A stretch of 64,000 nucleotides of DNA from Vermamoeba vermiformis. Its lineage: Eukaryota. Positions 37,572-52,200 of this stretch are shown here, piece after piece. Position 1 is the first letter of the stretch. Each line of letters starts with the position of its first letter. The DNA is taken from positions 310,001-374,000 of the forward strand of contig JBEWZL010000124.1 in assembly GCA_045837725.1 (NCBI GenBank), read 5' to 3'. The translations under genes were made by a program, and so were the position numbers. The notes below the pieces were generated by a model, which worked only from the letters and a program-made list of their open reading frames with translations, did not search any database and was not told the origin of the DNA.

Positions 37572-38064
37572 TGTCTCACGTCTAAAAAATAATACTTTGT
37601 TAACGCTGTCAGTGCTTGCTACATTTTAATGTGTTTCTTAAACAGAAAACGCTTCCAAATCGGAAAATTACAGGTAAAAGCAACAAAATAAACGAACAAA
37701 GGCATGAGCATGAGGATGCTTCGGAATCATACGTACTATTCGCTACAGTACTTACGTAAGTGCATTGCTGGAGGTTCACAATGCAATTTTGTGCAGCGCA
37801 GTACATAAACCCGTTCTAGATCAAAGATCCAGCACTGTTATCATTATTCGGGGGTATCGTTCTTCGTTTTGGTACTCAAAATTGATGTATATGTGATCCG
37901 ATCAGATGGAGTGCCCACAGATGAGCATACAAATCTTGAAATTTCACGAGTGTACCGGTCCAAGCAGAGAAGTCGAAAGAAAAGTTCAAAAAATTAATTA
38001 CGATATACCTTAAGAAGGAGTAAGAACGCTGCGAAATGTGAAATTGTAACGTATATTTGACCTA

Positions 38065-40673
38065 ATGGAAGCAAACAAAGAACACTTGGAGAGTGACATC
38101 GTTGCTGAAAAGCCGGATGTTGCCGCGAGACAAAAAATCGCTAAAAACGAAGCAAATCTTCGATCAGATCTCGCGAAATGCAGTAAAATTAAAACGCTTA
38201 AAGTAGATGAGAACGATATCTCTTATTTTCGAATGTTATTCTACATTCCAAGTCAGACAGGACTGATGTTGTTAGGTAAAAAATGAGACAAGCTTGCCAT
38301 CGCCAATACTAATTATTTAAAAGCGGCCATTTGCTCGATATGTTCAGGAGCAATCACACAAATATTCTCGCTATTCTTTGGTCAACTTTTCAACGTATTT
38401 CTGATTCAAGATCCAGCCGTACTGGAAACAGAAGCAAGAAAAATCATTATAATATTCGTAGGCATTGGTGTTGGTGCGTTGATATTTGGTTATTCCGCAC
38501 CAATATTGTGGTGAGTCTAACAGATTTGCAAATCCGTCAACTAAAAAAAATTAGGTATGTCGTTGGCAATAGAACTGCCCGTAAATTAAAGCTTCAATTC
38601 TACGAGAGTTTAATGCACCAAGAGATCGCATACTTTGATACACATAAGACAGGCGAAATAACAATGAAATTAAATATGTCTTTTGGCCTCGTAATGCCAG
38701 CCTTAACCTCAACGCCACATCAAGTACTCAGCCAGTCTTCAACATTAATATCGGGCTTTGTTATTGCCTTCTTATCGAGCTGGAAAATGACCCTCGTAAG
38801 TTTAAGACATAAATTTGGAGCTGATCTAAAATTTCCGTTTAGGTAATGCTATCAATTACACCGTTAGTCATAGGAGCCATCGTAGTGCAATCAAAGTTAT
38901 TCCGCAAATTAATTCAAGCTTCTCAAAAAGCAACTAGCGAGTACAATCAAGTCTCAATTGAAGGCGTTGGTGGAATCCGAACGATAATCGGATTTGTCGC
39001 TGAAAATCGTTTTCTGTTGCTATTTTTCAAGCAAACGAACAGATTATATCGTTTAGGAGTGCTTACTGGTCATTTAGTCGGTGGTGTTTCCGTAAGTAAT
39101 GCATTGAAATATTTTTGTATCTATTCTAATATATATTAGGGCTTTATGCAACTTGCGAGCTATGTATCTTATGCCGTTGGATTTTGGTACGCCGTGGTGC
39201 TAATTTTAGCAGGAGAATTACTTCCAGGTACGGATCTTACATAAATTGTCAGTACGTGCTTATTTTTTCTCAATAGGAGCTGCTCTGAGTGTTTTTTTTA
39301 GCAGCTTTACGGCGGCTTCTAACATCGGCACAATCATATCACAGATAACTGACGTCGTTAAAGCTAAAGTTGTAGCACGAGGAATTTTCGAACTGATCAA
39401 CAAGTACGATCTGCTAACTAACAACTCTGAAACTAATTTTTTTGCCATAGAAAACCTGACATTGATCCCAATATCAATGGAGAAACGATACCTGACCTCA
39501 AAGGCGCTATGGAATTTAAAGACTTGGTTTTTAGTTATCCAACTAGACCGACAACCCAAGTATTGAAAAACCTCAGTTTAAAGGTAAAATACGATAACCA
39601 TATTCAAACTCGTGCTAATGATGATTTCTAGATTGAGCCTGGACAAAGGGTAGCGTTTGGTACGAAATTTCTATTGTTCTTCAGATCAAACCCAATCTAA
39701 CTTTTACTCGTAGTTGGAAAGAGTGGAAGTGGAAAAAGCACGATAATCAACCTCATTCAACGATTTTACGATCCTAATGAAGGTATTCATATTTAAATAA
39801 TGTCAGATTCGGATCTAACAACGTATGTTCAGGAATAATTACTGTTGACGGAGTTGATCATAAGCAATTAAATCTCTATTGGTTGCGATCGCTCATTGGC
39901 ATCGTCAGTCAAGAGCCCACACTATTTAGCGGGACTATTGAAGACAATATAAAACTCGGAATGCCGGATGCGACCGAAAAACAAGTTATTGAAGCCGCTA
40001 CGGTAAGTAATATCATATTTAAATATATATATGGTATTCATTAATTAATATTCTAGATTGCAAATGCTCACGACTTCATTTCTAAACTGCAAGATGGTTA
40101 CAAAACCGAATGCGGCGAAAAAGGTGTTCAATTAAGGTACTTAGTTCTATTAATCGCAAGACATTGATATATTAATCGTTGTAATCTATAGCGGCGGTCA
40201 AAAACAACGAATTGCAATCGCTCGTGCCGTCATCCGAAATCCAAGGGCAAGTTGATCGCGATCTAATGTCGTATTTTTATCAACATCGAAGGATATTACT
40301 CATAATAGTAACATTTCTTTAGATTTTGCTTCTTGACGAAGCCACGTCCGCTTTGGATACGGAAAGCGAGCGCTTAGTGCAAGCAGCGTTGGATCGTGCC
40401 AGTGAAGGCCGAACAACTATAGTCATTGCTCATCGTCTTTCAACAATAAGAAACGTCGATAAAATATTTGTAATGATCGACGGGGCTATAGTTGAGTCTG
40501 GCACGCACGAGCAGCTCGTGGATTTGCACGGTGTTTATGCGCAGCTTGTGCAAGATCAAAACGGCGATATGGATGCATCAAATACGACTCCAATAACGAA
40601 AGAATCGAGCAAGAAAAAGAAAAAAGACAAAAAGAAGAGAAACAAGCCCAAGAAGGAAGAAGATCGAGATTGA
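38065..40673 (+). CDS. ABCB (MDR/P-glycoprotein-like) half transporter, single TMD-NBD
   Basis: [58 protein letters not shown] and IAHRLST motifs. Confidence 0.93.
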
Positions 40674-41520
40674 ATACGGTCCGGAGATAAAATTTGTACT
40701 TAAATAAACTAGTAATATATTAAAAACATCTACGTACCAATCATGTGCCGATTGGGTGTCGTTGCATCAATTGAAGTCAGATTTTGCGTCTATGACATGC
40801 AAGGGTTAGTTATTTTGCTTCTCGCCACGCCAAAAATCATAATGAAAATCCTCTAATTAAATTATCATACTTGAAAATACTTACATTTTTAGTTTTGGAG
40901 TTCAAAACCGTGTAGGCCCCTACCAAAAAAACGGCTAGATCTGCCTGATCTGCCTGCATACATGATCAGTATGCATATTAATACGCATTTTGTTTATATA
41001 GGCTTTTGTTCGTGGTCGTGGAAAGCAGGTCACATAAAAATGGCGGCTTTTGGAAACAGTCGATTAGGCAAATTAATAGGAGCCACAGGCTGCCGAGCCA
41101 CAAAATTAGACACTGACACTACGCGACAAGAAAGCGAGAAGCCACGCGGCGTGAGAAGTTGCCGTACAAAAACTAAAACAATTTGCTAACACTTAGATGT
41201 TCTTTGCAATGTAAAAATCATTAAATTATTTAAAGGAATAGCTAAAGGGCTCTTTACATAATGATTTTATTAATAAGCGAGCAAAATCACATACATAAAT
41301 AGGGGTACCCCACTGAAGAAAATTACCAGATCGAAGGATGTGTTTCTGCTATTTTTCGCAAGTGTGGGGTTATTTATGTACTCACTCGCCAGTGTAATAA
41401 ATCAATATCGGATTGATTGAATCCTGTAGCATTACAAATAGTGACGTGTCTTGTGTTTGAGAACGTGTTAACGAGGTTGATCTATTTTGTTTATTTTACG
41501 GTTTACTCAACAACACAGCT

Positions 41521-44195
41521 ATGGCCGATAACAACAACAAGCCTGAGGCTCAAGCCAAGCAACAGAAAGCCCCAAAGGAGGCTAAGCCCAAGAAGAAGGG
41601 ATTCAATCTCAACGACTATCCTTTGCCTGAATACGTCCAACACCGTCTTCAAGTCTGGGACGAGGTTAAGAAGAGCCAAGAAGCTGTTAATGCAGGTACG
41701 CATCTAATATTGCATTTAATTGTGGTGCATTATTGAATCTTGGATCCCAGAGCAAAAGAAGCCGATCAAGATTACTTTGCCCGACGGTAGCGTAAAGGAT
41801 GGTGTTGCCTTCGAGACATCTCCTTACGACATTGCTCGTGCTATTAGCAAGAGCTTGGCTGAGTCCTGCGTTGCTGCCAAGGTAAACGTCGATCTGAAAA
41901 TATTAGTAAAACGTTAAATTATCTTTTCATGGTCTAAAATTGCAGCTAAAATATTTGTTAACATTACGCACACGTATAATAATTTTTTGTCGCTAAAATG
42001 TCCAAAAAGTTTTATCGTTTTACTGCTCGCAGTGCATCCACAAATTATTTACTTTAGTCACCACCAAATCATATCAAATATCGTTATTAATATATTAATT
42101 AAATTAAACAGGTCAACGGTGAGGTTCGTGACCTTAACAGACCCTTCGAAGCAGATTCAACTCTTGAACTCCTCAAGTTTGACTCAGAAGACGGCAAACA
42201 CGTAAGCTTTGCAAACTCTATCGTGCATAATATTTATTGAACATCTATACCATTGTTACTGATTGAAAATGATTGAGATCTGTATTATTACGGGTTGACG
42301 CTAATGCACACTATCTTAGGTCTTCTGGCACAGCAGCGCTCACATTTTGGGTCAAGCCCTTGAACGCAAATACAAAGCCAAGTAAGTTGCCTGGTTATAA
42401 CATGAATATGAGCATATATTAACATTTCTCTAGCCTGTGCATTGGTCCTCCAATTGACGACGGTGGTTTCTACTACGATATGGCCAGCGAGCAGTAAGTG
42501 CGATAGTGATGGTGTGGCCAATAACGTGATACTAATCCTCTTTAGACCCGTCGCTCCTGAAGACTACGAAGACATTCAAGGAATCGTCTCTGCTATTATC
42601 GCCGAGAAACAGCCCTTCGAACGTCTTAGCATCCCCAAAGAAAAGGCTATGGAAATGTTCAAATTCAACAAATACAAGCTCGAAATCATCAAGAACAAGG
42701 TCCCCGATGGTGCTAACTGCACTGCCTACCGTTGCGGTCCTTTGATCGATTTGTGCAAGGGCCCTCACTTGCCCAACACTGGTGTCGCCAAGGCCTTCGC
42801 CGTTACCAAGAACTCCAGCGCTTACTGGCTCGGTAACGCCAAGAACGACGCTTTGCAACGCGTCTACGGTATCTCTTTCCCCGATAAGAAGCAACTCGCT
42901 GAGTGGGAAGAGTTCCAACGCGAGGCTGCCAAGCGCGATCACCGTAACATTGGCAAGGCTCAAGAGTTGTTCTTTGTTCACCCCTACTCCCCTGGTAGCT
43001 CTTTCTTCTTGCCCCACGGCACCAAGGTCTACAACAAGCTCGTCGACTTCTTGCGCAAGGAGTACCGCAAGCGTGGCTTCACTGAAGTTATCACGCCCAA
43101 CATGTTCAACAGCGAGTTGTGGCAACAATCAGGACACTGGGCCAAGTACAAGGACAACATGTTCAACCTCAAGGTCGACGAACAAGACTTTGCTCTCAAG
43201 CCCATGAACTGCCCCGGTCACTGCTTGATGTTCGATCACACTTCCCGCTCTTACCGTGACTTGCCCATCAGATTCGCTGACTTTGGTGTCTTGCACCGTA
43301 ATGAGGCTCACGGTGCCTTGACTGGTTTGACTCGTGTTCGCCGCTTCCAACAAGACGATGCTCACATCTTCTGCACCCAAGATCAGGTTCGTAACGGCTA
43401 CATATTGATTAGATCTTCCGATCCCGTACATCTGACCCATGACTTACTTTTATATCCGCATAGATCTCCCAAGAGATTCAAGGTGCTCTTGAGTTCATGA
43501 GCTCTGTCTACGGCATTTTCGGCTTCGAGTTCACCCTCGAATTGTCTACTCGCCCCGAGAACTACCTCGGTGAGTTGGCTGTTTGGGACAAGGCTGAAGC
43601 TGCTTTGAAGGAGGCCCTTGACAAGTTCGGCAAGGGCTGGAAGTTGAACCCTGGTGATGGTGCTTTCTACGGTCCCAAGATCGACATCCACGTCACCGAC
43701 GCCTTGAAGCGTGAGCACCAATGCGCCACTATTCAACTCGACTTCAACTTGCCCGTCCGCTTCGGTTTGAACTACCGCAACAACGACGACAGCATGGAGC
43801 GCCCTGTCATCATTCACCGTGCCATTCTCGGATCTGTCGAGCGATTTATGGCTATTTTGATCGAGCACTGTGCTGGCAAATGGCCTTTCTGGGTTTCTCC
43901 TCGCCAAGCCATCGTCGTCAACGTCTCTGAGAAGTCTTCTGAGTACGCCACTCAATTGCACAAACAATTGTGGAGCGAAGGCTTCGAAGTCGAGATCGAC
44001 ATCACTGACAAGACTTTGCAAAAGAAGATTCGTGAGGCTCAATTGGCTCAGTTCAACTTCATCTTGGTCGTTGGTGAAGAAGAGGCCAAGAACGGCACTG
44101 TCAACGTCAGAACAAGAGACAACGTTGTTCACGGCACTAAGCCGATCGCCGAGCTGATCGCTGAGTTCCACCAACTCGAAGCTGAGCACAAATAA
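41521..44195 (+). CDS. TARS: Threonyl-tRNA synthetase, cytosolic type
   Basis: TGS domain, [48 protein letters not shown] and the anticodon-binding domain. Strong C-ending codon bias. Confidence 0.97.
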
Positions 44196-44362
44196 GATGC
44201 AAGTTGTAGTTCTGGCACGTGACATATTTGCTTTGTAACCGCTGTAGTTGAATGAAGGCACTTCTAGAATTCCATTTTTAGATTTTTTTTTTTGACTGGT
44301 CAAGCTTGCAACAATTTTCCATTCTTTTAGTCTCAAACCCATTGCAAACACACTAACACAAC

Positions 44363-45953
44363 ATGTCTTATCCTCCCCAACAAGGTGGTTACCCTCCTCA
44401 AGGTCAACCTGGCCAACCTGGCTATCCTCCTCAAGGACAACCCGGCCAACCCGGTCAACCCGGATATCCTCCTCAACAAGGCGGCTACCCTCCTCAACAA
44501 GGTGGCTATCCTCCTCAAGGTCAGCCTGGCCAACCTGGCTACCCTCCTCAACAAGGCGGCTATCCTCCTCAAGGTAAGCATCTGGTGGCTTGAAAGGCGA
44601 ATTTCAATTTACGAACTTGCCAATCTGCTTAGGTCAACCCGGTCAACCTGGCCAACCCGGCTATCCTCCTCAACAAGGTGGTTATCCCCCTCAACAGGGT
44701 GGCTATCCTCCCCAACAAGGTAAGTGAAGAGCTTACTCACAACGAAATTCATTTGTTGCTGATATTTTAAATCTGCCGAAAAAATTTTCAATGCCTTAGA
44801 GATTATGATCATCATGTTACCTGCGTAAACATGTGTTTGAAAAACACGATCATGCACCGCCAGATTTTTTCCAAAATCTCTGAAGCGAAAATGAAAGTAA
44901 ATCTGATTTTTTATGAAAGGTGGCTATCCCCCTCAACAAGGCGGCTATCCTCCTCAAGGTCAACCTGGTCAAGCCGGTCAACCCTGGTACGGCCAATACA
45001 ATCAAGGAATTGATGCTCAAAAGATGCAAACCTTGAGAGTACGTATCAATCATTTACACAAATCTGGAATTCCTCGTTACTGAGTGACTAATAATTCTTA
45101 TTTTAATTATAGGCTTGGTTCGATAGCGTCGATAAGTAAGTTTATCAATCTTTACACTGCCCTTCTCGATCAGTAAATAACGGCTAATTTTCCGTCAGGG
45201 ATCGCTCCGGTCAAGTTAGCGCTGTTGAATTGGCTCAAGTTCAATTCGGTGGCAAGCCTTTGGGTGCCGAGACCGCCGCCAAGTTCATTAAGGTCTACGA
45301 TCGGTAAGTTTTCGCTATGTTTCAACTTCGCGGATTCGACCGTATTTGTTAACCCTTGTGCGTATTCAGTGACAACACCAAGAGCATCGACTTCAACGAG
45401 TACGTTGCTTTGCACCAAATGCTCGAGAAGTTGAGCAATGCTTTCTTCTCTGCCGATGCTGATCGCAGCGGTACTCTCGATGCACGCGAGATCTACACCG
45501 CCATCCAACAAGCTGGTTTCCAAGGCCTCTCTCCTCAAACTATTGACGCTTTCGGTCGCAAGATCCAAGCCCAAACCAAGCCTTTCCCTCAACCCGGTCA
45601 ACCTGGCGGCTATCCTCCTCAACAACCTGGCTATCCTGGCCAACCTGGTTATCCTCCTCAACAGCCCGGTCAACCTGGCTACCCTCCTCAAGGACAACCT
45701 CAACAAGGCGGTACGTATCTTATGCTGCTAGAACGGAGACTAGACTGTAGTTGTTGCATTGGATCGCTAACATGTGCGCGCATTAGGTTATCCTCCAGTC
45801 ACTGTTGCCATCACTTTCCAACAATTCCTCGACATCTGCGCGCAATTGGCGTTGATTAAGAGCATTTTTGACCTCGCTGACACTGACAGAGACGGTCGTG
45901 TTACTTTCACTTGGGACCAATTGGCTTTCTCCACTGTCGATTTGAACGCTTGA
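44363..45953 (+). CDS. Penta-EF-hand protein (peflin/ALG-2/sorcin-like) with GYPPQ repeats
   Basis: N-terminal GYPPQ repeats, then [37 protein letters not shown] and [13 protein letters not shown] loops. Confidence 0.88.
44366..44987 (+). repeat. Coding tandem repeats encoding (G/PG)YPPQQG and QPGQPG
   Basis: Units such as ggctatcctcctcaacaag recur across three exons. Confidence 0.9.
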
Positions 45954-46270
45954 CTAAGTTAATCGGATCTCTATTGAGTTGTAATAATAGGAGTAATTAA
46001 AAGACAATTCACTCCGCACATTCACGAGGTAACTTCTACTTCAAGATGATTAATAACATCGAAAAATCAATGAGTTGTCCTTGTCAAAAGCTACATTGAA
46101 CTTGGATAAGAAACGATCCGAGAAAGATTGACCATCAAGTGTGTTCGAGACGCGAGAAAGAACTTATATTTGCTGTTTATTTGAATGAAACGCTTAACAG
46201 TATCATCGTTTATCATTTGTACACTTGGCGTAGTTTATTTACATTGGCTGCAACGCAGATATGCTCTCTT

Positions 46271-49200
46271 TTAAATTTCCCACTTTTCTACCTGTGCCCG
46301 CATATCAATTTGCGTTTGTTGTACGCGCAGGTAATTGAACACGCAAACAGGACACGCGAGATTCATGACGCGCTGTTGATATTCACCGAGCAACAGCTTC
46401 GTGGTGACTGGCACTGCGATGGGCAACTGTTCCGCACGTGATTTAAACTGCGGCAAGATTCTGTCTTGGTAATCATCGCGCGCAAAGTAATGGCCGCACG
46501 TGAATGCAACGTGCTATATGAAGGGTTGATTAGAAACAGTGGACTAACAAAGGAAAGTGAGCGGATGTATTTACGGTAGGATCTTCCGGATTGACATTAG
46601 TAGGGCCTTTAATAGGCGCTAACATAGTAGACAAGGCGATCTTATCTTTAACATCGACGTCTTTGTTCAAATTGTTGCGGATCGAGGCCAACAATTTCTC
46701 TTCCGGAACTTTCTCGCTTTGTTCTATTAATAGGTTAGATTTTGTAGCGAACAGATGATGCAATCTTACCTTTGCGGAAGTTTTCGTCCATAATTTGGGT
46801 ATATGAGGTGACTACAGCAAAATAAATGTCTTGCGAGAGCGTGACGCATAACGGAGACTTGTCAGATCCAGCTGGAACTTCTTGAAGGAGTAACAGCTCA
46901 CCTAATAGTGGCGCAAGTACTCTTATATTGTCCTTAATATGTTCTTCAAGCGGTTCTAACGGCAATTTTCTTTCGTGCCAGAATTGTAAAATCTACGAAG
47001 CAGATCCGTTAGTTTTGCTCGAACAAAATTCAGTTGACGTACTTGATATAAGAGCTCTTCACGGTTAGGGACATTGGCAAGGTCCTTCACGATGAAAGTT
47101 AAGCAGTCCGAGCAGGGACAAGGTCTCATCAGTGCGGTCCTCATCGTTGGCTTGGAACATGGTCTCGTAAGACTTGAGCGTGCAGTACACCGCTAACAGC
47201 CAGCGACGCGTTTGAAGTGCGACAATAGATGCCGCTGAAAAGTTGTTCCACTCGAGGGCTTTGTCGAGCACAAGGTGCGGACGATACGGTACTGTCGCGT
47301 GTTGACCAGGGCCAGTCGATGCAGCCAAGGCATTGGAGCTGTTCAGCGTGCCAGCTTGTGGTGCGTCCCAACCTCGCAGTGTAGCTTCAATCATGGCTGG
47401 ACCATAGAGCTCCTCATCTGTCATGCGATTAGTACAATAATACATTAAATATCACTACTTCGCTTACCGTGATCAAAGGCCAAATGTTTCTTCTGCGTGC
47501 CATTGACTTCAGCGCCGTTGACTTCAGTTCCATTGGTCTTTTTGTCGTTCGTATTTGAATCCCCGCCAAACACACGGTAATTCACCACTTCGTTCAGCGA
47601 ATCAACAAGACGTGGTGCCCACTCGTCGTTAAGACTATTGTGTCCTAATTGGCCGAAGCGACCTGATCCCCAGGTGTAGACATGACCTCGTTCTGTGCAG
47701 TCATAAGCACGTGTAATGAGGTTAAATATGTCATGACATACCAGTCAGTACTACGTTGAACTCATCACCGCAGCAGATCTGTTTGATTCGTTTGCCTTTG
47801 AGCGCTAAGATCGGTGTGGGCACTTCACTGAACATTTCAGCAATTGAGCGCTGTCGCTCATTGGACTTTTGCGATTTGTTCGCCGAGAAGCTTTTGCCCC
47901 ACATGTATACTTTGCCTTGCGCTAGTGTTTGCATAGATTAGTGCCGCTGACTTAAGAGCAGTTAAGAGGCCTTACCGCTGACAACAACAGTGTGGAAGTG
48001 GCCTGTGGCAATCAACGAGGCCTGTTTGCCCATCAAGAACTCGATCAACTTGGGCTCGAGTTGGTCTTCGTAGCGCTCTTGTTCCACTTTTGACTTCTTC
48101 ATTGCACGGCCCCACAGGTAGATGTTACCCAAATCTGGTCATATTAGCGAGAGGTCTTGCAACTAAATGAGACTAGACTTACCATTGACAGCGACAGTGT
48201 GGAATGAGCCACACGCCACGGACGTGAAGTGCGTGCCCACGAGTGCTGAGAGCAGGCGAGGGATCAACAAGTCCTCGCTGTCACCGTGCCCCAATTGACC
48301 GTACAGTCCGCTGCCCCACGTGTACACATTGCCGTTGTCCAACAGCAGTGCGTTGTGACTGAAGCCGCACGAGACTGCTTTCCACTGCGCCACTTTGCTG
48401 CCCTCAAGGAATGCAATCAGATGTGGCGCGTGTTTGTCATCACGATCGCCGAGGCCAAGCTGACCGTGACTACCCGCACCAAACACCCACAGTCCTTTGT
48501 CTGTCAAAATCATGCTGTGCGACCAGCCACACGCGAGGGACTTGACGCGCACTTGACCGAGTTCAGTGATTGCTGTCGGCACTGTTCGTGGCTCTGTGTC
48601 ACCGAGACCCAGTTGACCATGGTCATTTGCACCCCACGCATACACCGTGCCACTCTCTGTGTGGCTATTGTTAGTGACCTGATGATGAAATAGTTGCAAT
48701 GGTTGACATACCATCCACGGCAATAGTGTGTTCACCACCGCATGCAATGTGCGTGATGTTGACAGATGACAGCGAGGACACCTTTTGCGGCGTGAATCTA
48801 AATGCAAGTGTTAGAGCCAAAGTCAATATTATTGCATAGCTTGCGTACTTGTGCTCTGAGTGGCCGAGTCCCAGTTGTGCCGAATTATTCCGCCCCCAAA
48901 TATAGACTTGACCGTCCTCTGTGATGACTGCCGTGTGACCCCAGCCACATGTCACTTTTGACACTTTTTTCTCGTTGAAAGACTGCACCATTTGATATTG
49001 CACTGATTTGGCTGGCAAAAACAGTTAGCTTAATTAGGCAAATGAGAAGGGGTTGTTTTTACCTTTTTTGGCTTGAGGCTCAGAGCGCTGTTGTCTGCGG
49101 TAGTTCAACACGAATAAAGTGGCTAAAAATAGCTCGACGTATTCTTCTTTAGTCGCAGCGTGCTCCTCTTCAACAGTCTCTTTGCTCATGTACGAGCTGT

Positions 49201-52200
49201 TGTTCAGTGAATTGGTGCTATTTATAGTCGCGCTTGAATTGTTCAGTGAACCGCCTTGGACTTCGAGCTCCATAATCTTGGCTGTTTTAGAAGTCGCGAA
49301 GCTGAACACTTTCATCATATTTTCACCGAGCGGATCAAAATAACTCGCGATTTGGATCTAATATTGAAGCGTTAGCATTGCGACTACTAAATAAGGAAAT
49401 GCTATTATAATACGTACCAAGACCTCTTCAGTAAGATAGGGCAACAACGAGTATATTCTGCTGAAGTATTTGTGGACTGTAATAGGATCGGCTAAATATA
49501 GCTATAAAAGATGAAGGGTTAATATTAGCTTTAATACTATAGTGGATATGACCGCGTACTTGGATCTGTTCAGACGCAGGCAAACTCTTCGCCAATGCGC
49601 CATTAGCACCGCTTTTCAGATGTTCGAGCAAGAAGTTTTCCTAAAGGAGGTATTGTTAGATGGATCTCTTGCAGTACACGATCAGCTATAGAGCACGTAC
49701 AGTTAAGTATTTGATCTCTTCGGGGCCTATGTTCAACGAGCCTCGTTCAGTGGCTAACAACTGCATTGCTCGCGGCATTAAATTGCGTGCATCTCCGACC
49801 TAAATAACGAAAATTAATTCCTGGAATAAAATTCTCAATAAGCCGGCTTATTGACGTACCAATAAGAAATATCGCATCAAACCATGCTCCAAGAACAACG
49901 CCAGTGCCTTGGTAGCATCATAGTCTTCATTCTTCCGCAGAAATTTTTGGAACTCTTCATCGAGGTATTGGAACTCTTTGCTTTGCAATAGTTTCTGTAA
50001 ATAACACTGTAGTAGTGTGTTGGATAATCTTCGTCGTTCACTCATGGATAAAGCTGTAATAATACAATTATTAATAATTAGTTCAGATTAGTATTAGGGC
50101 CAGATCCGTACCAGTAGGTTCACCAAGAGTGCTTCGTAATCGCGTAATAATTACATCCATGCGTCCTACTTCTAAGAACTTGGCGACTAATTTGCTCGTC
50201 TGTACATTGGAGAGATAATACAAACTAAATTATAGAATAAGTATTAGGTAGCTACTAAAGGCTATAACGTACTCTAATGCACGACCATAGTCACCGCGAT
50301 GTATATGGGAATCAGCAGCGGCTTCGTAGAGTGCTAACAGGTCCAAAGCGAAGGTCTTTCCGAGTGCTTCAGCGGATGCGGATCTCTGGTGCACCAACTC
50401 GAAGAAAATCTGTTCTGGAGGAGTCTAGAAGCAATTTTAAGGATATTACATCACATATTTAACGACGGAGTATGTATTTGTACTTACTCTAGGGCGCACT
50501 TCATAGACTGAATCGCGCGTGTAAATGAACATGCCCTCGAGAGGCTCACTCGTCATTGAATCATTGCCAGAGCTGTCGCATAATCAATATTTGAATACAA
50601 ATATTACCGTCTATGGCAATTTGATATATTTAAATCAGCTTACGTCTTAGCTGCAGCTTGTTGCTCGCGGATCGTCTGATCAATGATGGTAAATTCGAGT
50701 TGGTCGCCCATACTCGCAGTTGGTGATGATAGACTAGGAGCTTGTTGACTACTAGGCACATGAGCCTTGGGCGCTACGAATGCTGGCAAGTGGCCTGCGA
50801 TCCGTTCATTTAGCCCGAATTTAAACTCTTGGAGCTTTGATTCTTTTTGATATTTCGACATCCCTATTATTAATTAGATTATTATAGTGCCAGTAAAGGT
50901 ATGAATCTCTATGTTTTCAACTTACATCGCGGATTTGCTGAAGCTCCTGAAAGTAGACGAGAAATTACGCCTAATTTCCAGCCATCTTCGTCTGTTAAAT
51001 GTGAAATGTTAATTATTATGCAAGATTGAGGTCGTATATGATTATTCTAAATGCTCTAAGCCAATTATTGCAATGGAATACGGATCTGTAGTTAGCTGAA
51101 AGTTGGTACGTACCAGTTCTAAGAGTGAATATAACCTTATCAGTGAGATATACATTCTTAATATCGCTATCGAATAGTTGAAACACGAATAAAGGAAATT
51201 TTGTAAGCAGTGCGTCGTAGATCTCTAACTTGTTGCTGGATTTGTCGTAAGCGCCGATCACTTGCTCGCTTTGATGCATGCGTTGTTGACTAAGTGCCTA
51301 TAGGATAGTATTGGTTAATAAGAGCGAGTCATATTCATTGTTCTACGTACAGTTTCAGGTCCGAATTTGTTGATCTGAGTGAGGACAAAAGGAGGCTTGT
51401 TAAACTGCTTGATAATCGATTGGTAACTTGTGCCACCGACATTTTGTTCTAAAGTAAGCTTCCAGTAACCCCCGCCGATTGTATTAAGCAACAAATACTA
51501 AACAATAAAATTCATTGTCAGTACAGATCCAATTCAAATTTTAATTCTGAGTTTAAATTCGAAGAAAAACTGATTAAATTAATAATGTTTAGATCATATA
51601 AAGCAATTATTAACGTACCTTAGAGGTCTTAGTGGTGTCCTCGATGATTTCTACTTTTGATATCGGATATTTCATCTTCAGTCGCAGTCGTTCTTTTGTC
51701 GCTAAATTTACAATGCGAATGCTGCCTGTCTCCGAGCCGAATATGCCTATATTTGGGCATTAGTTTACTTGATTAGGTATATTCAACAAAGCAAACAAAT
51801 TTTCTTTTCGGAAGTATTATTAATTACTTAAACATAACTCTTAATACTATATATCTAATAATAATAACTATAATAATTATTCTATATTCATTGACGCACC
51901 ATAGTCCTCGCTCGAATTATAAGGCCTCCACCAAACACAATGATTGAAATGTCTCGTGGCATTGCTCTTTGATGAGGCCGAGAACATTTTAATGTCGTTG
52001 AATGAATTCATCATGCTATATATAATGTTACTTAGTATTGTTCATATTAATCGTAATGGAGCGGATCCAGGTACTTTATAAATACTATTTGTATGATCGT
52101 TACCTGTTCGATTCTTGACTCTTAAACATGATGAAATAAATAGGAATCAAGACTATATTTCTGTCGTGAGTGACGCACAACAGCCACTGCGCTGTTGGAT

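Noticed and set aside
37748-37800. ACTTAC plus hairpin plus Sm-like AATTTTGTG resembling an snRNA
   Set aside because: Too short and lacks the conserved U1 stem-loops.
41214-41268. 10-bp inverted repeat upstream of ThrRS
   Set aside because: AT-rich arms and a weak interior; compatible with chance.
26880-44195. Threonine gene cluster (Tdh plus ThrRS)
   Set aside because: The genes are 13 kb apart with several unrelated genes between them; probably coincidence.
42532-44351. Long antisense ORFs (198, 103 and 317 aa) opposite ThrRS
   Set aside because: Shadow ORFs caused by the strong codon bias of a highly expressed gene.
44363-45710. Repeat array considered as CRISPR or satellite
   Set aside because: The repeats are in-frame coding GYPPQ units with no unique spacers.
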